From: Gemmatimonadota bacterium
GTDB lineage: Bacteria; Gemmatimonadota; Gemmatimonadetes; Gemmatimonadales; GWC2-71-9
Assembly: GCA_041691295.1 (NCBI GenBank)
Contig: JBEPVA010000003.1
Span: 1-51,903 of the forward strand
Direction of reading: 5' to 3'
DNA length: 51,903 nucleotides
This document shows positions 8,121-17,949 of the stretch, one piece after another (the stretch's first letter is position 1; each line of letters opens with the position of its first letter). Position numbers and translations under genes: made by a program. Below the pieces are notes generated by a model. The model had not been told where the DNA came from and did no database searches. It saw nothing but the letters and a program-made list of their open reading frames with translations.

Positions 8121-9185
8121 TTACTTCAGGTTGGCCAGGATCGCGGTGACCCGCTGCTTGTTGGCCGGATCGGTGTACAGTGACAACGCCTTCTGGTAGT
8201 TGGTGCGGGCCTTGGCCTTGTCACCCTTGAGCGCATAGGCCTCACCGACACTGTCCCAGGTATTGGCACTGGTGGGATGGTCCCGGGTATTCCGTTCCAG
8301 CACCGCGATGGCCTCATCGTACTTCTTGGCCGCCAGCAGCTGGTACCCATAGGCGTTCAGGTCTACCTCAGTCGTGGCCATGGCGCCGGCACGGGTCCGG
8401 ATCTTGTCGGCCTCGACCTTGTCACCCCGGCGCTCGACCAGGTTGGCCTTCATGGTCAAGTTGAGGAACGAAGGCCCGAGGTTGATCGAGCTATCCGCCC
8501 AGTTTTCCGCCAGCGCCATGTTTTTGGTGTTGGCCATGGCCCAGCCCGCCGCCTGAGCCCAGGCCGGCGGAAAAAACCGGGCCAGGTTGCGCAACTGCTG
8601 CTTGAGGCTGTCAAGCACCACCTGATCCCGATCGACGCTCACGGTAAAGCCCACCGCCACCTTTTCCCAGCGCAGCGTCACGGTGACCGCCTTGTCGGTC
8701 GGGTCATCCATGGTGTACTCCAGTCGCTCGACATTCTCCGAGGGCCTGGGCGTGGCCGTGATCCGAAGCGCGTCCTCCGACTTCGCGTAGCTGAATGCGC
8801 CCCACGCGTTGGCTTCCTTGCTGAGGATCACGGTCCACTTGTCCTTGGCCGGAATCATGAACAGGCCGTAGCGCCCTGCCGGCAGCGCCTGACCCGACAC
8901 CGTAAACGGGCTGGTCACGGTCAGGACGGTGTTGATGTTGGCCCCGGCCCGCCAGACCGAATCGTAGGGAACCAGGCTGTCCCAGACGATCCGACCATTG
9001 ATCCCCGGCCGGCCGTAGTCAATGGAGATGTTGGTCAGGCCGACGGTCTGGGAAATGGTGGCCCGCTGGCTGGCGTCCGGAAAGACCAGCCGAAAATTCT
9101 GGGCCGCGAGGGGGGCAGTACCGAGTGCGAGGAAACAGAGCGCGGCGGTGAGCGGCCGGCCGGTACAGCGGACGAACGATGGCAT
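8121..9185 (-). CDS. DUF2911-like secreted protein with C-terminal TPR repeats
   Basis: I chose ATG at 9185 (MPSFVRCTGRPLTAALCFLALGTAPLAAQ, a signal peptide). Contains IDYGRPGINGRIVWDSLVPYDSVWRAGAN. TPR-like C-terminus (YDEAIAVLERNTRDHPTSANTWDSVGEAYALKGDKAKARTNYQKALSL). The track ORF extends to 9479 through Arg/Gly junk. Confidence 0.8.
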   Translation of the reverse strand: MPSFVRCTGRPLTAALCFLALGTAPLAAQNFRLVFPDASQRATISQTVGLTNISIDYGRPGINGRIVWDSLVPYDSVWRAGANINTVLTVTSPFTVSGQALPAGRYGLFMIPAKDKWTVILSKEANAWGAFSYAKSEDALRITATPRPSENVERLEYTMDDPTDKAVTVTLRWEKVAVGFTVSVDRDQVVLDSLKQQLRNLARFFPPAWAQAAGWAMANTKNMALAENWADSSINLGPSFLNLTMKANLVERRGDKVEADKIRTRAGAMATTEVDLNAYGYQLLAAKKYDEAIAVLERNTRDHPTSANTWDSVGEAYALKGDKAKARTNYQKALSLYTDPANKQRVTAILANLK

Positions 9186-9351
9186 CGGATGGAGCTCCAG
9201 GGTCTGTTGGGGTGCAGGCCATACGGGAGGATGGAGTCGGGGTTGCAATTCGTTTCGCCCGCGTCGAGGCCGGCCAAGGGTGTGTGCCACGGCGGAGGCC
9301 GGACGTCCTGTTCCTTTCGGCTCGCGCGGGGCGGCTGTAATTTCCCTGCGA

Positions 9352-10632
9352 ATGGGTACCCCTCCTCCGGCATTCGCCGCCCCCCCGCCCCGCAAAGACG
9401 AGGCAGTCCGCAAAGCCCAGCTCAAGGCAATGAAACGGGTGGCCACCGGTCTGCTCGCGGTGGCGCTCCTGATCTTCATTGTCGCCCTGATCTACGAACC
9501 GCTCTATCCCTGGCTGGGCTACGTCCGCGCCACCGCCGAGGCCTCGGTGGTTGGTGGCCTGGCTGACTGGTTTGCCGTGACCGCCCTGTTCCGCAAGCCA
9601 CTCGGCCTTCCGATTCCGCACACCGCAATTATCCCGACCCAGAAGGACCGAATCGGCAAGATCCTCGGCGGCTTCGTCCAGAATCACTTTCTCAGTCGTG
9701 AGGTGCTGGCGGCGCGGCTGCGGTCGATGAACCTGGCGGAGCGCAGCGCCCGCTGGCTGAGCGATCCGGACCACAGCGCGGCACTGGCCCGGCATGCCGC
9801 GGTCGGGCTGGCCCGGGCAGTTCAGTCCCTTCCAGAAGGAGAAATCAGCGACCTGATCCGCACCAACGCGGTCGCCCGGCTGCAATCGGTCCAGCTGGCG
9901 CCATTGCTCGGGCGGTTGCTCTCGGTGGTCGCGACCGATGACCGACACCAGGTCCTGCTCGATGAGGCGCTGGAACTGGTGCTGAACGGACTGGAAAAGA
10001 ACCGGGAGGGGCTGCGGGAGAAGATCCGGGAGGAAAGTCCCTGGTGGGTGCCGGCCCCGATGGACGCCGCCTTCCACAAGCGGCTGGTGGCTGCGGCGAC
10101 CAGGCTGATCGAGGAGGTCAAGGCTGATCCCCATCATCCACTGCGGCTCAAGTTCGACGTGTCGTTCCGCGGTTTTGTCGACCGGCTGGAGCATTCGCCC
10201 GAAGTCATCCGGCGGGCCGAGTCGCTCAAGCTCGACCTGCTGGCCAGCCCGGCGGTGGAGGAATTCGCCAGTTCGCTCTGGGGCAAGGCCCGGCAGGCGG
10301 CCGCGCGGTATTCACCCGACGGTGACGGCGCTACCCTGCAGCCGCTGGCCCGCGGGATCAGCGCCGCCGGCGAATCGCTGCTGGCCGATCATGCCCGGCT
10401 GGCGCAGCTGGATGCCCAGATCATCGATTTCGTGGCCGCACAGCTGGAGCATCACCGGCACGAGGTGGCCGAGCTGATCGCCGCGACGGTGCGGCAGTGG
10501 GATCCCGAGGTGGCGGCGGAACGGATCGAGCTGGCGGTGGGCCACGACCTCCAGTTCATCAGGCTCAACGGCACCCTGGTGGGGGGATTGGCGGGGCTGG
10601 TGATCTATAGCGTCGTGCAATTCCTCAAGTAA
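9352..10632 (+). CDS. DUF445 (YjiN-like) membrane-associated protein
   Basis: I chose ATG at 9352 (MGTPPPAF...). Contains VVGGLADWFAVTALFRKPLGLPIPHTAIIPTQKDRIGKILGGFV and C-terminal IRLNGTLVGGLAGLVIY. Confidence 0.8.
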   Translation: MGTPPPAFAAPPPRKDEAVRKAQLKAMKRVATGLLAVALLIFIVALIYEPLYPWLGYVRATAEASVVGGLADWFAVTALFRKPLGLPIPHTAIIPTQKDRIGKILGGFVQNHFLSREVLAARLRSMNLAERSARWLSDPDHSAALARHAAVGLARAVQSLPEGEISDLIRTNAVARLQSVQLAPLLGRLLSVVATDDRHQVLLDEALELVLNGLEKNREGLREKIREESPWWVPAPMDAAFHKRLVAAATRLIEEVKADPHHPLRLKFDVSFRGFVDRLEHSPEVIRRAESLKLDLLASPAVEEFASSLWGKARQAAARYSPDGDGATLQPLARGISAAGESLLADHARLAQLDAQIIDFVAAQLEHHRHEVAELIAATVRQWDPEVAAERIELAVGHDLQFIRLNGTLVGGLAGLVIYSVVQFLK

Positions 10633-10747
10633 GCGGAGACTGGAGACAGAAGACAGGAGAGAGGAAATGCCCCGGACTTCGGATCGCTTTGCCGATCAAT
10701 CGCGGAAGCTGCAGTTTCTGTCTCCTGTCTCCCGTCTGCTTTCTCCC
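10633..10747. repeat. Inverted heptamer-array element between convergent genes; probable bidirectional terminator
   Basis: Left arm ggagact ggagaca gaagaca ggagaga at 10635-10662. Right arm ttctgtc tcctgtc tcccgtc at 10715-10735 is its approximate reverse complement. The loop contains gccccggacttcgg. Confidence 0.7.
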
Positions 10748-11259
10748 TACTTGGGTAGCGTATAGTCCAGCGTCCACCAGTGCTTCTTGCCCTCGATCAC
10801 GAGGGTAAAGGTCCCGGCAATCCCGCTCAACTCTTCCGTCCCCGAGCCCGGCACGACGGCAATCCGCATTTCCGTGGACTCAGGGGTCATGGTGCCGTTG
10901 TGCATCAGCGCGAAGCTGCCGGTTCGGCCATTCAGGGCGCCCGTGACCCGCTCCAGCGCCACGTAGGCCCCGGACCCGTCCTTCGGACCCCCCGACGCCA
11001 GCATCTGACCCAGGCTGGTGCCGGTGATGTCCCCGCTGAACTTCTTGTCCAGCGCAAACCGGCTGAAGCCGCCGGTATCGACCGAGTCGGCAGTGGTGAT
11101 CGGCGAGACTTGTACCTCGAACGCGCCGGTGGCATGCATCGTCATGGCTCCCTCTTTCCTGGTGGTCGGAACGGCTGAGGATGGAGTCTGGGCCCCGAGT
11201 CCGGCGGCGATACCGACGACCAATATGGCAGCGACCGCAAGGCTAGATGTCTGAGACAC
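10747..11259 (-). CDS. DUF3224-like secreted protein
   Basis: I chose GTG at 11259, preceded by GGAG and a 7-nt spacer, which gives the signal peptide SQTSSLAVAAILVVGIAAGLGAQ. The body (GAFEVQVSPI...FALDKKFSGDITGTSLGQML...YVALERVTGALNGRTGSFALMHNG) matches my recollection of DUF3224. ATG at 11334 is an alternative start. Confidence 0.7.
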   Translation of the reverse strand: MSQTSSLAVAAILVVGIAAGLGAQTPSSAVPTTRKEGAMTMHATGAFEVQVSPITTADSVDTGGFSRFALDKKFSGDITGTSLGQMLASGGPKDGSGAYVALERVTGALNGRTGSFALMHNGTMTPESTEMRIAVVPGSGTEELSGIAGTFTLVIEGKKHWWTLDYTLPK

Positions 11260-11381
11260 CGTCACACTCCGTTGCTGAACGGTGGTGCTGCGCTCCGGAC
11301 CGGTCACGCCCCTGTCCGTCGAGCGGTGCCTCATGATACGGTAGCACGGCCCTCCCGTCTTGTCAGAACGCGACACTGCTG

Positions 11382-12194
11382 ATGCCGATCCGCACGGTCG
11401 ATCCGCCCCGCGGGGTCCTCAGGGCGCCGGTGAGCGGCAACCAGCAATTCAGCCACGCACGGTATCAGCCCTCGCCCGACCTGGCGGGATTCATCGAGCA
11501 CTACTGGTCGGTGACCTGGGGCCTGCGAGCCGACCAGCCCAGCCGGGTGGACACCCTGCCCCACCCCACTGTCCACCTGATCTTCGAGACCGGCAAGGGT
11601 GGACGGATCGGCGGGGTGTCGCGCGGCAAATTTTCCACCCTGCTGAGCGGAACCGGACGGATCTTCGCGGCCAAGTTCCGGCCCGGCGGATGCTATCCTT
11701 TCGTGCGGCAACCCGTGGCCGGCTACAGCGGCAGGATCCTGACCATTCCCGAAGTCTGGGGTCCGGGGGCGGCGTGGATCGGTGACTCGATGATGAAGGC
11801 GGAGGACGAGGACGAACGGATGATGCTGATGGAAGGGTTCCTGCGTCAGCGCAATCCCGTCGCCGACCGGTCAGCCGCCGCCACCGGCGCCATGGCCGAG
11901 TCGATCGCGACCGATCGCAGTCTCAGCAGCGCGGAAGAGCTCGGGCGCCGGCATGGACTCACACTCCGGACCCTGCAGCGGCGGTTTGCCAGATACATCG
12001 GGGTCAACCCGAAGTGGGTCATCCAGCGCTACCGGCTGCACGAAGCGGCGGAGCAGCTGGTGCAGCAGCCGGCCAGCCAGGCCGCGCTCGCGCTGGAACT
12101 GGGGTATGCCGATCAGGCGCACTTGGTGAAGGACTTCAAGGCGATGGTGGGAATGTCGCCGGCGGCCTACGCCAGGCAGGCGGGGGGCCAGTAG
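11382..12194 (+). CDS. AraC family transcriptional regulator
   Basis: C-terminal HTH_18: LTLRTLQRRFARYIGVNPKWVIQRYRLHEAAEQL...GYADQAHLVKDFKAMVGMSPAAY. Confidence 0.85.
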   Translation: MPIRTVDPPRGVLRAPVSGNQQFSHARYQPSPDLAGFIEHYWSVTWGLRADQPSRVDTLPHPTVHLIFETGKGGRIGGVSRGKFSTLLSGTGRIFAAKFRPGGCYPFVRQPVAGYSGRILTIPEVWGPGAAWIGDSMMKAEDEDERMMLMEGFLRQRNPVADRSAAATGAMAESIATDRSLSSAEELGRRHGLTLRTLQRRFARYIGVNPKWVIQRYRLHEAAEQLVQQPASQAALALELGYADQAHLVKDFKAMVGMSPAAYARQAGGQ

Positions 12195-12285
12195 GAAACT
12201 CGCCTCCACCCCACCTCGTACGACCCCCCCACAGCCGGACAGTCACTCCACTTCCCGAATCATTCCCGATTGCACGAGGCCGCTG

Positions 12286-14136
12286 ATGAGGTCGGTTGGT
12301 GCCGGCGCGGTATTGGTGTGGGGACTCTGGTTGCCGGCGGGCCTTGCCGCCCAATCCGCCGCCACCCTGATGTTCCGGGGCGGCCCGGCTCATCTGGGCT
12401 TCTACGATTCGCCTGCCGGTCGTTCCCTGATCGGACTGCAGTGGCGCTTCCCGACGGGCGGCTCCGTCATCGCATCACCCGCCGTGACCGCGGGCCTGGT
12501 CTTCATCGGCAGTGGCGACGGCAAGCTCTACGCGCTGGCCCGCGAAACCGGCGCCCTCCGCTGGAGCTACCAGTCCGACTCAGCCATCGCGTCGTCACCG
12601 GCGGTCGGTCACGGCGCGGTCTATTTCACTTCCCGCTCGGGCCGGATCTATGCGGTCGATGCCAAGACCGGCCAGCTTCGCTGGTTCAGAGGCACCGACA
12701 CCGTCATTCCATTTCCGTGGGGTCACGAGAGCGGCGATCACTTCATCTCGTCCCCGGTCCTGGCCGGTGACCTCGTCATCGTCGGTGCCGGGGATGGCGG
12801 CCTGTACGCCCTCGGTGCCACGACCGGCCGGGTGATCTGGCGCGGGTGGACCGGTGGCCGGGTGCGGTCGTCGCCGGCGGTGGCCGGTGATCGGGTGTAC
12901 GTCGGGTCGGCGGACGGCAGCCTGTATTGCTTCGACCTGAAAACCGGAGTCAAGCGATGGCGATTCGACACCGATGGCGCCGGGCTCAACTCCGGCGACT
13001 TCGGATTCGACCGGCGCACCATCCAGAGTTCGCCCGCGGTCAGCGGCAACACCGTATTTGTCGGTGCCCGCGACGGCTTCCTCTATGCCGTCTCGGCTGA
13101 TGAAGGCAAGCTGCGGTGGCGGTTCGATCACCAGCAGTCCTGGATCATCACTTCGCCGGCAGTGACCGGGGATACGGTCTACGCCGCCAGTTCGGATGGC
13201 GGCTTCATCCAGGCACTCGACGCGAAGACCGGGAAAGAGCTGTGGCGCCAGACCACCGGCTGGTCGGTCTGGTCGTCGCCCGCAGTAACCCGTTCCACCC
13301 TGCTGGTCGGCAGCGGCATCGGCCGGCTGCTGGCCCTCGACGCCAGGACTGGCTCAATCCTCTGGCAGTTCCAGACCGGCGGAACGATCTACTCTTCACC
13401 GGTCGTCAGCGGTTCGGTGGCCTACGTCGGCAGCACCGACGGATCGGTCTACGCCATCCGGCTCGGCGACGGCGACACCACCTATCGAGCGGTGTTTTAC
13501 GACTCGACGTACCAGAAATCAGCCAGCTTCGACAGCAAGGCGGTCACCCGCTACCTCTCGACCGCAGGCTACGCGACGATCGGTGAATCGGGATTGGCCT
13601 CGTGGCTCGATGCCCGAATCGCCGACCGCGCACCCAGCACCCTCGTCTTCGCCATCGACTATCTGCCCAGCTCGCTGACCACCGGCGAGCTCGAACAGTC
13701 GCCGTTGCGGCGCTACCTCGAGGCCGGCGGCAAGGTGGTGTGGCCCGGTGCTCCCCCGCTGCTCTGGCCCCGGGATCCCGCCACCGGCGAACTTGGCGCC
13801 TACAACACCATGCGCTACGACGCGCCCGGCAGGCTGCTCAGGGTATCCCATGATCATGCCAGCTTCGATCCGCGAGGTACCCATGCCACCGCCCGCGGAA
13901 TCCGCTGGGGCCTCGATGGATACTGGAAGGACAACTGGTCAGTGCCGCCGCGCGAAGTGTCCGAGGTGCTGGCCATTGATGAATGGGGCTTGGCGTCAAG
14001 CTGGGTAAAGCAGTATGGAGGGCCTCCGGGGACCGGATTCATCCGGGTGCCGGGTGCGGACCCCAAGGTGGTCTATCTGGTGGCGGAGATGCGGCCGGGG
14101 AGCCGGAAGCCGTCGACTACAGCCGTTGGCCATTAG
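12286..14136 (+). CDS. Secreted PQQ-like (BamB-type) beta-propeller repeat protein with a C-terminal extension
   Basis: Signal peptide, then repeated GSGDGKLYALARETGALRW, SRSGRIYAVDAKTGQLRW, GAGDGGLYALGATTGRVIW, SADGSLYCFDLKTGVKRW and similar. Confidence 0.85.
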   Translation: MRSVGAGAVLVWGLWLPAGLAAQSAATLMFRGGPAHLGFYDSPAGRSLIGLQWRFPTGGSVIASPAVTAGLVFIGSGDGKLYALARETGALRWSYQSDSAIASSPAVGHGAVYFTSRSGRIYAVDAKTGQLRWFRGTDTVIPFPWGHESGDHFISSPVLAGDLVIVGAGDGGLYALGATTGRVIWRGWTGGRVRSSPAVAGDRVYVGSADGSLYCFDLKTGVKRWRFDTDGAGLNSGDFGFDRRTIQSSPAVSGNTVFVGARDGFLYAVSADEGKLRWRFDHQQSWIITSPAVTGDTVYAASSDGGFIQALDAKTGKELWRQTTGWSVWSSPAVTRSTLLVGSGIGRLLALDARTGSILWQFQTGGTIYSSPVVSGSVAYVGSTDGSVYAIRLGDGDTTYRAVFYDSTYQKSASFDSKAVTRYLSTAGYATIGESGLASWLDARIADRAPSTLVFAIDYLPSSLTTGELEQSPLRRYLEAGGKVVWPGAPPLLWPRDPATGELGAYNTMRYDAPGRLLRVSHDHASFDPRGTHATARGIRWGLDGYWKDNWSVPPREVSEVLAIDEWGLASSWVKQYGGPPGTGFIRVPGADPKVVYLVAEMRPGSRKPSTTAVGH

Positions 14137-15569
14137 CCGTTAACCAACCAGGTGAGGCCACCAGTGCCCGGGGACAATCCACTCGCTCCCTCTCGCCTAT
14201 CGCCTATCGCCCGTCTCCTGTCTTCTGTCTTCTGTCTTCTGTATCTGGCCTCCGCCGCCAGCCACAGCCCGAATCCGCACAGCCAGACCAGTCGCGACTC
14301 GTATCGATCGTAGATCCCGGAGGTATTGCCGCACAGCACTGCATAGAGCAGGACCGAAAGCAACGCGGTGACCAGGAACCGCACCGAGCGGTCGGCTCTC
14401 CATCGGCCGCCTCGGAACCAGGCGACGATCACCACGGACAGCGCGGCGAGCAGGCATCCCCATCCCACCGGCGTATCGATTGCGCGCAACCGCGACACTG
14501 GCACCAGATCATGCTGCTGGCGCGAGGCGGCCAGCGCCGGTCGGTCTCCCGGCGCCACCAGCGCCATGGCCGAATCGAGCCCGGGCAGCGCCAGGCTGTC
14601 GAGGCCTTCACCGGTGCCAAACCGGCTCAGCGCACCGAGGCTGTAGTCCAAGGCGACTGCCAACTGCTGGCCAGGGTGTTCACGCCATGAATCCAGCAGC
14701 AACCTGCGAGTTTCCCGTTTCGTGACCTCAAGCTGTTCGAAGGGGTGGAACGGGAGCCGGTCCTGCCAGAGCAGTTCGTCGGTGGTCATCGGCAGGCTGG
14801 CGCGATAGGGGCACAAGGCGTAGTCGCGCGCCCCGCAGTGATAATCGAGCAGGCGGCTGGCCTGGCCGCTCTCGACCAGGTGAGCGAGCAGAAAGGCACT
14901 GCCACCGCCGACCAGTTCCCAGCGGTGGCTGCGGCTGTAATTGAAGCCGAGCATTCCGGTCAGGCCTGCCCCGATGGCCAGCAGCCCGAGGAGTGCGCCT
15001 CGCAGCTGTGATGGCGTCGCCCGACGAATCGGCCAGCTGGTCACCACCAGGGCGACCATCAGCATCACTCCGAACGCGGCGTGGGTGACATGCACCGCCG
15101 CCGCGATTGCAATCGCGATACCCAGCAGCAGCCGCTCGCCACGGCGCAGACGTGTGCCGCCAGCGATCAGGCCGAACAGCGCCAGGACGAGGATCGGCGT
15201 GAAGACATCCGGCATCAACTGTCCTGCGATCCAGGGCAGGGCGGTCAGCGCCGCGATCAACCCGACGGTGGCAGTGAACCGGATCGGATTCGGGCGCCGG
15301 AGCACCAGTCGGGCCACCAGCCAGAGCAGCCAGGCCAGGAGGACCGACTGCACCGCCACCACCGACCAGAGCGAACCGGTCCAGCTCAATGCCCTGATGA
15401 ACAGGCTGTAGCCGATCACCCGGTCGAGCCGAGGCGCCAGCGTGACCGAGTGGACCAGATAGGCCCGGGTATCCCAGAAAGTGAGGGGAAATCGGTTCCA
15501 GATGGCGGCGCCCAGCAGCAGGAGGGTGCTGGCCAGGATGACGAGGGTCGCACGAAGCGGGGAGCGCAC
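14133..15569 (-). CDS. Polytopic integral membrane protein, GT-C-like topology possible, function unknown
   Basis: About 11 hydrophobic helices with a GTG start. The C-terminal tail RYRRQKTEDRRRAIGDRREG is encoded by the heptamer array 14182-14244. The stop overlaps the convergent gene's stop (TTAG). Confidence 0.7.
   Translation of the reverse strand: MRSPLRATLVILASTLLLLGAAIWNRFPLTFWDTRAYLVHSVTLAPRLDRVIGYSLFIRALSWTGSLWSVVAVQSVLLAWLLWLVARLVLRRPNPIRFTATVGLIAALTALPWIAGQLMPDVFTPILVLALFGLIAGGTRLRRGERLLLGIAIAIAAAVHVTHAAFGVMLMVALVVTSWPIRRATPSQLRGALLGLLAIGAGLTGMLGFNYSRSHRWELVGGGSAFLLAHLVESGQASRLLDYHCGARDYALCPYRASLPMTTDELLWQDRLPFHPFEQLEVTKRETRRLLLDSWREHPGQQLAVALDYSLGALSRFGTGEGLDSLALPGLDSAMALVAPGDRPALAASRQQHDLVPVSRLRAIDTPVGWGCLLAALSVVIVAWFRGGRWRADRSVRFLVTALLSVLLYAVLCGNTSGIYDRYESRLVWLCGFGLWLAAEARYRRQKTEDRRRAIGDRREGASGLSPGTGGLTWLVNG
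14182..14244. repeat. Tandem heptamer array of about 9 units
   Basis: Units are ctcgctc cctctcg cctatcg cctatcg cccgtct cctgtct tctgtct tctgtct tctgtat. Confidence 0.8.
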
Positions 15570-15708
15570 GGCTGAAGTATATCGCCGGGCGGTCGCTGCC
15601 CTGCCCGGGGAAATCGTGCCTGGCCGCCCGTCGTTATATTCTCAGCTCAGGCCGCCGCTCCTCTTTACCGGGAATCAGGCACGAGTGACGTCGAATACCA
15701 CGGGCGAA

Positions 15709-16452
15709 ATGCCCTTTCTGGATCATCTCGAAGAGCTGCGCTGGCGGATCATCTGGTCGCTGGCCGCGGTGATCGTGGGCATCGGTGCCGGTATCGGCGT
15801 GGTCTTGCTCACCCCTTTCATGGAGTGGCTCGAACGGCCGATCATGCCGTACCTGCCGGACCACAAGCTGGTCTTTACCCATCCCGGCGACCCCTTTTCG
15901 ATCGTGATGCAGGCCTCGGTGGGGCTTGGGCTCCTGATCGCCCTGCCGGTCGTGTTGTTCCAGCTCTGGGCCTTCCTGGCGCCGGCGCTGTACAAGAGCG
16001 AACGTCGAATCGGGCTGGCCGTGGTGGCGGGCGCGGTCCTGCTGTTCATCGCGGGCGCTGCCATGGGATTCATGGTGGTGCTGCCGCTGGCCATTCCGTG
16101 GTTGATGGATTTCGGCAAGGGCTGGCTGACCCCGATGATCACGGCGAGCGAATATTTCGGCTTTGCCTTCAGCCTGACCCTGGCCTTCGGCGTCGCCTTT
16201 GAGCTGCCGGTTGTCCTGCTTGGCCTGTCTGCCCTTGGGGTGCTCAGCACCGAAATGCTGATCCGGTTCCGGCGTCACGCGCTGGTAGCCGCCGTGGTCA
16301 TCGGCGCCTTTTTGACTCCCGGCGACCTGCTCTGGACTACCATCGCGATGGCGGTGCCGCTGTACCTGCTGTATGAGATCAGTATCCTGCTGTCCTACTT
16401 CGTGGCCCGCCGGCGCCGGAAGGCCGAAGCCGCCCGGATGGCCGAAGGCTGA
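15709..16452 (+). CDS. tatC: Twin-arginine translocase subunit TatC
   Basis: MPFLDHLEELRWRIIWSLAAVIVG...ALPVVLFQLWAFLAPALYKSERR...FLTPGDLLWT. I chose ATG at 15709; the track ORF starts at 15481 inside the convergent gene. Confidence 0.9.
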   Translation: MPFLDHLEELRWRIIWSLAAVIVGIGAGIGVVLLTPFMEWLERPIMPYLPDHKLVFTHPGDPFSIVMQASVGLGLLIALPVVLFQLWAFLAPALYKSERRIGLAVVAGAVLLFIAGAAMGFMVVLPLAIPWLMDFGKGWLTPMITASEYFGFAFSLTLAFGVAFELPVVLLGLSALGVLSTEMLIRFRRHALVAAVVIGAFLTPGDLLWTTIAMAVPLYLLYEISILLSYFVARRRRKAEAARMAEG

Positions 16453-16563
16453 CACCGGCCTCAAGCTGTTACTGAGCCGATAGTTGCGGTGGGTTGATCG
16501 AATTTCGCGCCGCCGAGGGTTGCGCCAAGCCGGATCGATGGGTAAACTGGGTGACAGAACATA

Positions 16564-16596
16564 GGGGCCGTGCTCAACCGGCGGCCCCGCCTTTTC
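16564..16596 (+). terminator. Putative Rho-independent terminator downstream of tatC
   Basis: Stem ggggccg / cggcccc with loop tgctcaaccgg, followed by gcctttt. Confidence 0.5.
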
Positions 16597-16720
16597 GGGG
16601 GAGTGCAACGGGCTCCCAAGATGAAGGCGCGATTCCAGGCCGGTGCCGGCCAATGGATCGCGCCTTTTGCCGTTCTGGGACCGGGAAATCGGTCCCGCGC
16701 CCACCACGCCGGAGGTACTC

Positions 16721-17317
16721 GTGGCACGCACGGAGACTGAAGCGATCGATAGTTACGTCAGCGATATGCTCTCGCTTGAGGAGCATATTGCCGAGGTCCT
16801 TGGGGCCCAGATTCATGAACTGGGCGACAAGCACCCCGTCGTGGTGACGGAACTCGGTCGCTGCCGCAGTGTCGTGCTGAATCACATCCAGGCGCTGCGC
16901 AAGGTTCGCAAAGTGGGTGACCCCCACGTAACCGGAAGAATTGCCGGCGCGATCAAGAAGGCCGGCGCGCTGGCCGCAGGACTCAGCGCGGGAGCTCTCG
17001 ACCTGCTCCGGATGGAGCGGGCGCCCAAGGCGCTGCGGGACGACTACGTCGCGGCCAGCCTGGCGAGCATCGGATACGGGATGCTGTACGCCACGGCGGT
17101 CTCGCTGAACGATGAAATGGTCGGCTTCCTGGCGGAGCGGCATCTCCGGGACTACGCCAGCATGACGATGTCCCTGTTCCGCCTGATGCCGGGGACCGTG
17201 CTCGAATCGTTGCGGGAGCGAGGCCTGGCGGTGCGGGATGAGGCGCTGCCCGGGATCGGTCGGTCGCTCGGCGAGGTCAGGATTCCGGCGGCTGATCCCA
17301 TGCCGCAGCCGGCCTGA
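16721..17317 (+). CDS. Hypothetical helical protein
   Basis: I chose GTG at 16721, preceded by GGAGG and a 5-nt spacer. Composition is plausible (TETEAIDSYVSDMLSLEEHIAEVLGAQIHELGDKHPVV...). No family recognised. Confidence 0.55.
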   Translation: MARTETEAIDSYVSDMLSLEEHIAEVLGAQIHELGDKHPVVVTELGRCRSVVLNHIQALRKVRKVGDPHVTGRIAGAIKKAGALAAGLSAGALDLLRMERAPKALRDDYVAASLASIGYGMLYATAVSLNDEMVGFLAERHLRDYASMTMSLFRLMPGTVLESLRERGLAVRDEALPGIGRSLGEVRIPAADPMPQPA

Positions 17318-17319
17318 CC

Positions 17320-17778
17320 ATGACGTTGATCGAGCAGCTGGGCTGGCTGCTGCTGCTGGCCGTACCAGTGGCCTGCGTGGCGTGGACCGTGACCCATGAG
17401 GAACTGTTCCGCGAGCCTCGGGAATGGCTGACCGCAAAGTCCAGGAATGCCCGCAGCTGGCCGGCCCGCAAGCTGTTCTATATGCCGACCTGCGAGTATT
17501 GCCTGAGTCATTACATCGCTCTGGTTGCCGTGTTGGGCACCGGATTCCACCTGCTGCTCAGCGACTGGCGGGGCAGCGTCCTGGCCATCTTCGGAGTGGT
17601 CTGGGTGGCCAATATCTACATGAGCGCATTTGTGCGGCTGCGGCTCGAAATCAAGATCGAACGGACCGAGGCCGAGAAGCTGGAGGCCCGGACCAACGCG
17701 TCCGAGGCGGTCGGGAGCCGGCATCCCCGCGACGCCAATGTACGGGTCCTCTCGGTTCCCAAACGGGACGCGCACTAG
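17320..17778 (+). CDS. Small membrane protein, possibly DUF1360-like
   Basis: The ATG lies 2 nt after the previous stop. Three TM helices with a CEYC motif (LFYMPTCEYCLSHYIALVAVLG). Confidence 0.6.
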   Translation: MTLIEQLGWLLLLAVPVACVAWTVTHEELFREPREWLTAKSRNARSWPARKLFYMPTCEYCLSHYIALVAVLGTGFHLLLSDWRGSVLAIFGVVWVANIYMSAFVRLRLEIKIERTEAEKLEARTNASEAVGSRHPRDANVRVLSVPKRDAH

Positions 17779-17848
17779 GCCGCAGGACATCACGATCCGG
17801 GCTCCATTCCGGATCACCTTGACGGGCGGCTCAGAGCCGCCAGTTGAA

Positions 17849-17891
17849 GGCGCTTCCTCTCGGATGTCCTGAGAGGCCGGCGCCTTTTTTC
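17849..17891 (+). terminator. Rho-independent terminator
   Basis: ggcgcttcctctcggatgtcctgagaggccggcgcc followed by tttttt. Confidence 0.6.
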
Positions 17892-17949
17892 GTGAAGTGA
17901 CCGCCCTCCGGGGCGATGATGACTCACTCGACCAAAGGCTGACGACACC

